A program made the translations under genes and the position numbers. From positions 14,260,001-14,324,000 of the forward strand of contig OZ059899.1 of assembly GCA_964057225.1 (NCBI GenBank): DNA of 64,000 nt, read 5' to 3'. Origin of the DNA: Auanema rhodensis. Taxonomy: Eukaryota; Animalia; Nematoda. Each line of letters opens with the position of its first letter. Positions within the stretch are counted from its first letter, which is position 1. The notes under the pieces are model-generated. The model saw nothing but the letters and a program-made list of their open reading frames with translations. It was not told the origin of the DNA and searched no databases. Below, piece by piece: positions 51,640 to 64,000 of this stretch.

Positions 51640-54600
51640 ATGTCTTTCTCTCTCTCTCTCCTGCTCTCTCTTTCTTTCCATCTATCTTTTTTTATATATT
51701 TCTCTTCAACTTAGAACTAATTCCAATACAATACTTCACCCTTTTCAAGGAGTTTTTAAACATTTTAATAATTTTTTCGAGCATTTTTCAATAAATTTTC
51801 GGTATTTGCCAATGAAAAGCATTATCATTTACAATAATTTTTCTATTAATTATATATAAAATACATTTTAGCATAAAATATAATGATGTTATAACACTGA
51901 TTTCATAGTTCAAATAATAGTTTATGCAACCTCAACATGCACACATACAGACACATAGATAGACAGACAGATACATGAGAGACATATAGTATACATAGAT
52001 CTGCTTTTGATTTGATTTTCAAATTATATTAATTTGGAATAGAAAGAAATTCAGTTAAAGTTTACTTTTGCATAGTTACAACCAGATGGTATCTAAGTTT
52101 AGCATTTTCTTTGGAACATCATACGTCACACATGATGTAAGAGTAATCTATGCTCCGAAATTTTATGATTTTCAGAAGAAAAAAATTAAAAATGAGACGA
52201 AACCCATCTATATATCTTAGTTATTGGATTATAATATCAATCTGATCTCAAAATTATAGTGATAATTTATCTGATAAAAAAGGAAAAAGAACGATAGAGA
52301 GAGGAGCAGAAGGAGGGGCAGGAGAGAGAAAAGGAGAAGAAAAGGAATAAAATTACGTTAGAAAAGTGACAGAAAGAAATAAAAATATCAATAAAAGTTA
52401 ATTTGAACACAAAGAAAATGGTTTTATATGGAAGCTTTTGATAATTTTCGAAAAATATACATATTTGGTGTTATATATGTACAAGTGTGATCGAAAACAA
52501 GTAGACAGAGAGAAATAGAGATTGAAAGAGAGAAAGCTGAGATGTTGCCCCAGGCAACCAATAAGCTAAGGTAACTTGTTATGAATTTGTCTTTAACTAC
52601 ATACATAGAATGAGAAACAGACACATAAAATACTAAAGAAATAATTCAGATTATTGCTGAAAGTAAGTAAAAAAAGTGCAGAAACGAGTATGAATGTATG
52701 AACATGCTGAGAGTTTTTATCAAAAAACCTGAGGTAAAACCTTTCAAAGTTATATTCAATTTGAACAAGTTGTTCTTCTGGTTTTGTGAATATGTGATAG
52801 TAAAATAGACTAGAATACATGGCATCAAAAATTCTCAATTTCCAATTAATCAAAGCAACTCAGCAGCAGCATGGACATACAATCGCAATTCTCTGGTTTA
52901 AATTTCTGAGCTTAATGAATTTCTTCTAACATCTACGTCAAATACGAAATTTCCTCTCTCTTTCTCTCTCTCTCTCTCTCTTTTCTCTCTTAGAAAAATA
53001 AAGCTTACGTTAGTGTATGCGTATGTGCATACTTTCAGATTATAATGGCTACTATATTTGGAAATAATAAGAAGATGCATGAAATGAATAGAAGAGAATG
53101 AACTTGAGCTACTTGACTTCTTGAAAGTCGAAACGAAATCGTGTATAATCGGCACACCTTTAAGCATATTTATCGATGAGAGAAGAAGCCAAAGATGAAA
53201 AAAAAACTTTTTTCTCCTAAACCTCTCTCTTCTAATATCAATTTCTCATTCATAAATATATTTGTTTATTAAAACTATATACATATATCTATATATATAT
53301 GTATATTATACATTTAACATATAATAATATTAAATTGATTGAAGATAATCAAAATTAAATGTTGATTGTACAAGCAGAAGAGGATAAATGGCAAACTTTT
53401 TCTCATCAGATTCGTAATCAAAAAAGAAAAAAAGGCTTGTGGATATTCAGAACAAGAATCCTAACATCAGAAAATAAAATTCAAAATATAAATATATCTT
53501 GTAAGATCTGATATATGAATGAATGTATATATGTATGTACATAAGAGGCCGTAGAAGCCACATGAGGCCGAGCAAGCTGAATGACGCAGAAACCTACCAA
53601 AGTACCTCCTCGGCTTAATGCTTAAATTTGGATATGAGGATGAAAACATGAATAAATTATGTTTGAATATACTATAATAAATATATTTGACGTGATTTAT
53701 TAATGATTTTCTTCGAGATTCAAAAGTTTTGATGATCAAGAAATGATTGACTTCTCTATTGTTTCTGCACGTTTTCTGAGATTAATCGGAAAGAGACGAA
53801 GAGGGGGGGGGTATATAAGCAGAGATCAGACTTAAGAAAGAAGGAAGTACGACTAGGAAAGAGGAAGAAAAACAGAAAAACCAACCAGTCATTCCATTGT
53901 CTGAGCTTATCCACAACATTTTCCGGAATAGACGGAATGGTCAGTGAATAACGGGCAAATGTCTGTCGCATCATGGATTTCCGACTGAAGAAAGCTAAAA
54001 AGGATAAAAACCAAATAAGAAAAATAAAGGAAAATTCAATGAACACATAACCATACCAGGAATATTTTCATTTACGAACGATGAGAAAGTAAATGCATGA
54101 GCGATTGAATGAAACGGGAGAAAGTATATATAGCAGAAGTCAAAGAGATGAAGCATTAATAGGCTAAATATAGAAAGAGAGAGAGAGAGAGAAAGAGATA
54201 GAAAAGAAAAGAGAGGGGAAGAGAGATAGGTGAAGAAAGAAGGAGAAAGAGATAGAAAGAGAGAAAGGTTGAAGCAGAAATGTCTTTTTTCAACAACAGT
54301 TTTTGCATTATTATTATAATAATATAAGTATAAGTATGATGATCAAGCTACTTAGCTACTCAGAAACTATGAAATGAAAATTGAAGTTGCAGAAGAAACA
54401 ATAGCACAAGTTGTTGGAGCAATATCATGTCAATAGATAGATATATTCATTGAATAACATTATATATTATAAATATAAGTTGAAACAAGAATGACTTTGA
54501 CGACGATGAAGCTCATTGGAATTCTGAAAAAGCTGAAATCTGAATATGCAAGTGTGTATGTGTATGTATAGATATATCCTCACTCTATGTCCAATAGTTT

Positions 54601-56030
54601 GAGTAGCGAGCCTAATCAAGGCTATTCAAAAGAAAATATGCTATTTCCGATATTTTCCAAACTTAACAATCACAAAACGGGTAGTGTATGATTTCTCTTT
54701 ATAATATTTTGATTATAAAGTGAAAAGCCCAAATATGTAGATGGTCATGAATTCGAGGACGAAAACCAGAAACGACGGCAAAGAGCAGTAGCAGCAGCAG
54801 TAGCAGTAGCAGTAACAGACAGATTTTGATTTCATCAACATCTACATATCTCATGCATTGCTTTTTTCCTTCAATAATGTCCTCATTGATTATTAAAAAT
54901 TTCTAACCAACACACTTCCCCTCCCCCACTTCTCCATACATTCAATGAGAAGAAGAATGAACACATGTATTCAATACTACCGATTTGGTGCAACTTCTAA
55001 GCTGTAAGCACATAAGATCTTCCATTATATTTCGTCATTTTAATGGAAAAAAACATGGAAAGCGACAAAAGGATCATCCTATACTAATCAAATAATTCGA
55101 ATAAATACACCTTAGACATTAAAAATGAAAGAAAAAATTCGAAGATGAAAGAAGAATGAATGAAAACAAAAAGGTGATGAAGGGGTTGTTATCATAAATT
55201 GTACAGAGAAGTTAGTAAAGAAATTAATTTTATCGTGTAACTTTGATTCGTGTTTGAGAGAAAATAGGAGAAATAGAAATAGAAATAGAAATAGAAATAT
55301 GTATTTGCTAGATAGTCGCAAGAAAATAGACTGAATTAGATTTTTCTTCCTTTTTTTGGACGAAGGGCAGAGGAAAAGGATAATTTTGACGTTGAAAGAG
55401 AAGAGCAGTACTCTTCTTCGTCTTCTTCATCATCAGCTTCTCATTACAATTTTTATAGAATTAATGAGAGAATAATACATCTAGAAAATGGACCAAAGAA
55501 AAAACAGAAAAAGAACAACACGAAGCGAAGAATCGAAATGATTTTTCAATGGGTATTAAGGATTGTGGATGAGGAAGGAGAAGAGGCAAGCAAGGATGGT
55601 AAAGCAATAATGATGACAGCACTTGGGAAACAAAATAAAAAAACCTGAGTGAAATGTTGTTTAGAGCTTTTACATTAAGCTTGAAAGCAACTATTGTGAG
55701 CATTAGCAGTAGGCAGATTGAATGAGCGAATAGCAAACGCAGAAACAAGAAAATGAGACGAAAAGCTGAATTAAACGGATGTTCAAGACGATCAGCTACT
55801 TTGGCATTTGTCCAAATACAAAAAAAAATCAGAATTACATGTCATGGTGGTCGCTGGATAAGTGGAAGAATGGCATGATGAACAAACGGATGGACAGACT
55901 TACTAACAAGCTAACTAACTGACTACTCGGGTCAAATGTCTATGATTTTGGGCAGCTGAATGACTGAAACCGGACGTGCTCTAGCTACATTGTTGCAACA
56001 GCGGCAATAGTAGCAACGAACCGGAAAAAC

Positions 56031-56038
56031 TGACGTCA
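56031..56038. promoter_or_regulatory. CRE (TGACGTCA) in the distal upstream region of ckk-1
   Basis: Exact match in a locally GC-richer island; minus-strand GTAAGT donor at 55898-55903. Confidence 0.4.
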
Positions 56039-58033
56039 AAGAGAACTCCAATGAGGTTTTACCTCTTGCAGTACACTGCCATTGGATAATATATCGTTTT
56101 GCACTCTCAACAGCTATTTAACTTTAAGAAATTGGATTTTTTCGTCTGTAGAATGAGAAAGAGGGCAATTCCGTTTCATTTTCATGGCTCAGGATGATGA
56201 AATAAAGAATTTCTGGGAGTAGGGCTGGTTAGCAGCATGGTTAGAAGAATGGCTAACAGAAGTTGTAGACATAAAAAAAAAGAAAAACGAGAGTTTCAAT
56301 GAAGCACATAAATAAGTTCAAGGTTGTAGACAAGCTTCGAACTTATAGCATATCCTGTAACAGGTTATGCAAAATATTTTGAAAAAAATAATTTAATCAA
56401 CCATGTTTCAGTACATTGAATGGACACGAAATGAATGATTGAAGGTCAGATGGACATGCGCATCAAGCTTATGCCAATAAGATTTCGTTTGTGCATTGAA
56501 TTCACAGGCCTCAAGCTAAAAAGGCTTTGTGACCTCCGATTGAGACGACGTTGAGCTGATCACAAATCGACTCTTCTTCTCCCAGTTGACGTTCTGCTTG
56601 TCAGCGCTCAACATTGTATAACACATTTGTTCCGTCAAGCTAATCTTTTCTTTTTTGGCTTGTCGTCTTGGCTCAGGAAGCATAGCTAATGAAAGCTGGA
56701 CATTACTACTACTATACGATATACTATACATAATATCTCACAAAATATTATCTCATATAAAATATTATATTATTTTGCTCTTTCTCTTTCTCTTTGTAAG
56801 AACAAACGAGAGAATGAGAGCAGGAGGACGTAGGTGGTGGTGACAAAGCTACAGGAAGAGAAAAGAAGAAAAAATGAAATATTTCATCAGAACGAAAACG
56901 ATATATAGGTTGTTGACGACTAGCCTAGCCTCCCTTTTGATCGAATAAAGAGAGATGGACTTACATTCAAGAATTTTTTTTTAAATTCAAAATAAAAACA
57001 AATTGATTAAACAAACAAAAATGCTCCGTGTATTTAGTAATTTACGTGCAAGATATAGTAGAAGATGATACATTCGATTAATTAGATCAATTTCTTTCTT
57101 CAATAGAACAAATATTTTAGTTTGTTTATGTTTGTTAGATTACAGAGGTAGTGTCTGCTACTTTCTCTCTCTCTCTCTCTCTCGATCTATCTAATACTAT
57201 CTCTTCCCTTTTTTTCCTTTCAATGATCCATGTATTGAATCAATTGGTTGTAATACAAACTATAATTATTAATAATTTATATAAAACATTTGTGTGGATC
57301 ATCCCTTAATTCTTGATTACTATTCTAATAGCTTGAAATGAATGTTAGTTGACTGAAATCATATCGTATTATAAGTGAGCTATTCAGGAATATTCTCATC
57401 CTCGTCGTGAGTGGCTGTTTTCACCTACAACAAAAGGTGAACGATTATCAAATCAACAACATGGTTTTTCGTTCCACAACATATCCAGGATTTTGATGCT
57501 TATTGAGCGAAGGAAAACAGAAAATGGAAAAAAAAACAGATTACCCGCATAGAGAGAGAGGTTTATGATTTTCTTTTAAAATGCGCTCAACAAACAAAAA
57601 GTTTTATAAAACTTATAATAAGATATGCTTGAATAAGATGTTACAACAGCATGTTGTGCAGCATTATATTTCAAAATTGATGGCATCCAGAATGTGAAAA
57701 TCAACCAGCTGTGATAGGAATGTGAGTAAACTGCTCTCTGTTAGTTTATGACTGGCCCAGCTACATATGCACGTGCAAAGCTTACCGGAATCCAACAGCT
57801 TACGCAACCGAAACCCGGTCTGTTATTGAAATTAGGAAGAAATTGTAGCCAATAATGCGTTTAGCAGGAAATAGATATTTATATATAAATATATTTTGCA
57901 TAAATTCTAGAATTTGTCCATTCATGTCTAGTCACGAGAGCACTGTAACACGTGTTTTTATTTTTATGTTTATGTGATTACATGCATTAATTCAGTTACT
58001 TTCAATTTCTACTATTCACAACTTCATGGCATC

Positions 58034-58152
58034 GCTTACGACCATACCACGTTGAAAGTACGCCATCCCGTCCGATCTGGCAAGTCAAGCAACGTTGGGC
58101 CCGGTTAGTACTTGGATCGGAGACGGCTTGGGAATCCCGGGTGCCGTAAGCT
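58034..58152 (+). rRNA. 5S ribosomal RNA (119 nt, single copy)
   Basis: GCTTACGACCATACCACGTTGAAAG...GTTAGTACTTGGATCGGAGAC...CGTAAGCT. Helix I (GCTTACG/CGTAAGC) is intact; box A and box C are present; a T-run follows. Confidence 0.97.
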
Positions 58153-58157
58153 TTTTT
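58152..58157 (+). terminator. RNA polymerase III terminator (T6) of the 5S gene
   Basis: TTTTTT directly at the 5S 3' end. Confidence 0.85.
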
Positions 58158-59538
58158 ATTTCCACAACACAACAAGTTGTTTGTAATAGAAAGAATCCAG
58201 TTGAACATTGTAAATCTGGATACTGTTCGCATAATTGTTCGTTATTGTTGAAAGAAATATTTCTCCCTGGGAATTGTTTCGGATTCTCCCTTTTGGTTTT
58301 AAATGAAGTGGAAGTCTCTCCATTGATGACTATTACAGACAGTAATTTCGTATATTGTATATTATAGTGTTGTAGGGGTTCTTATTGTAATCTCATACTA
58401 GGTTAATCTGATTAAAAGTTCAGAAATGCTCATAAAACATATATTCCGTCCATATTTATTATTCGACACTTGACATTATTGAAAAATAGATATTATGACG
58501 AGTTTAAAAAGATACGAAGAATACAAGTTATCAAAATCAGTAAAAAAACATCAACAGCAAGAAATCCAGTCATAAATATAACTGCTATCGATAAAATACT
58601 AAGGGCCTATGCGAGGAGAAGAGCCCGAACTGGTTTTCCCATCTTCGGTCTACTTCAACTAATCAGAAGAAAGGCTGTATAAGAACAAGGAGTTACTGTA
58701 GCAGCAATACGTGTACTGAAGACACTTGCGAAAAAGGAATCACAATGAAAGGGACTAAGTCTCTCGTAAAAACAATGATTATAAAAAGGGCATGCATAAA
58801 AAGGGATACCGTACCCAAAACGAGAGCTTTTGGCCCAGCACTTTTTATTTGGCAATATGGACACAGTCCACAGCGGCCACTAGGCTAGGACGTGGAGGGC
58901 CGGAAAATATTTACAATATTAGATAAAGTTTTTTTCGCATCGTCCGAGCTAGCAGATTTCGAATAAATCAAAAAATTAGACCATTGGTCAACAGTGGCGA
59001 TGATTTAAGTTAGCTATTAATCAATATACAAGGCGGACAATACGATACAGAGTGACTCTGACAAACTATGTTTCAATAATTATAATAATAGTTAGTAGTT
59101 GGCTACATGACCTTAATAAACAATTTGGGAAAACTCCCGAAAGACTGTTTGGTAACATATTAGTCTAAAAATGAAGAAAGCACAATGGTAGAGGAATCTG
59201 TTGAGAAGTGGACGTCAAAACTGCTGAAGGTGAGTAATCATAAAGGAAATAGAGCATTTAATGACAGGTTCTGCACAATCATCTAGAATATAGCAGTTTT
59301 TAGCACTAGAGCTATCACAAAATAAGAATGAGGTGGTTTTATTTGAATACCGTATCACTGAAGGCCTAACTCTCATAAGGCTTGACTGTATGAAGCCGAT
59401 TATGGGCACTTATAACGTAGGTGCACAGTGAGAAATCATGAATAGTGAAAGAGCAAATACGACACAAATGAGAAGACAATAGCAGGCAGTGATACGCGAT
59501 AGTTAGTAGTACATATAGTTTTGTATAAGACTGCATGT

Positions 59539-63618
<4,080 letters not shown>

Positions 63619-64000
63619 CTGAAAATGAAAAATGGAAAGTGAAAAATAAAAATTAAAAAGGGAAAACGACAAAAACGCAAAAACACAAGTCAAAACATAA
63701 GTTCAATGAAAAGTAGGCGAAATATATAGGATAGAGAATAAGATGTATATGTGTATGGGCTCTGCGCGTATTGACCTATTTGGATGAAACGTTCAAACAG
63801 TGGACTGCAGACGAACGAACACTATATGCATCACGCGATAGAGCAGAGCAGAGCAGAGTAGAGCGAGAGCGAGAGTATTCCAAGTGCCCACGACATACAA
63901 AAAGTACAAACGTCTAGCTGAATACCTCTGTACTTAAACCTTGTGAACTATTTAATGGAAAGGGCATCAGCAAAAGTACATGGTTTATTCTCTTTGATCT

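Noticed and set aside
45600-58000. Hidden protein-coding gene or transposase between ckk-1 and the 5S gene
   Set aside because: I found no phase-consistent exon chain, recognisable domain or terminal repeats by eye. A small gene cannot be excluded.

Overview
AT-rich eukaryotic DNA, almost certainly from a rhabditid nematode: short ~45-70 nt introns, TTTCAG-type acceptors, proteins close to C. elegans orthologues as I recall them, and a nematode-type 5S rRNA. Most ORFs in the supplied track are microsatellite or low-complexity artefacts, so I rebuilt the real genes by hand from splice sites and reading phase. (1) unc-103, an ERG/KCNH K+ channel (+ strand), has 19 common exons (23920-33265, ~720 aa). 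They are fed by at least five widely spaced alternative phase-0 first exons across 0.3-23.5 kb, one with a GC donor, plus a possible Met-only exon. (2) ckk-1 (CaMKK, - strand, 12 coding exons, 45575-35746) is convergent with unc-103. (3) A single intact 5S rRNA gene (58034-58152) has no SL1 partner in view. (4) lit-1/NLK (- strand, 63618-59539) probably continues 5' beyond the window. Non-coding signals worth follow-up: a recurrent inverted ACGTGA..TCACGT + octamer-like module, five full CREs, strand-polarised (CT)n and poly-C tracts that follow transcription direction, a candidate alternative last exon that removes the channel's PDZ ligand, and a compositional boundary near the 5S gene. All counts are by eye and all homology statements are from recall, not database searches.
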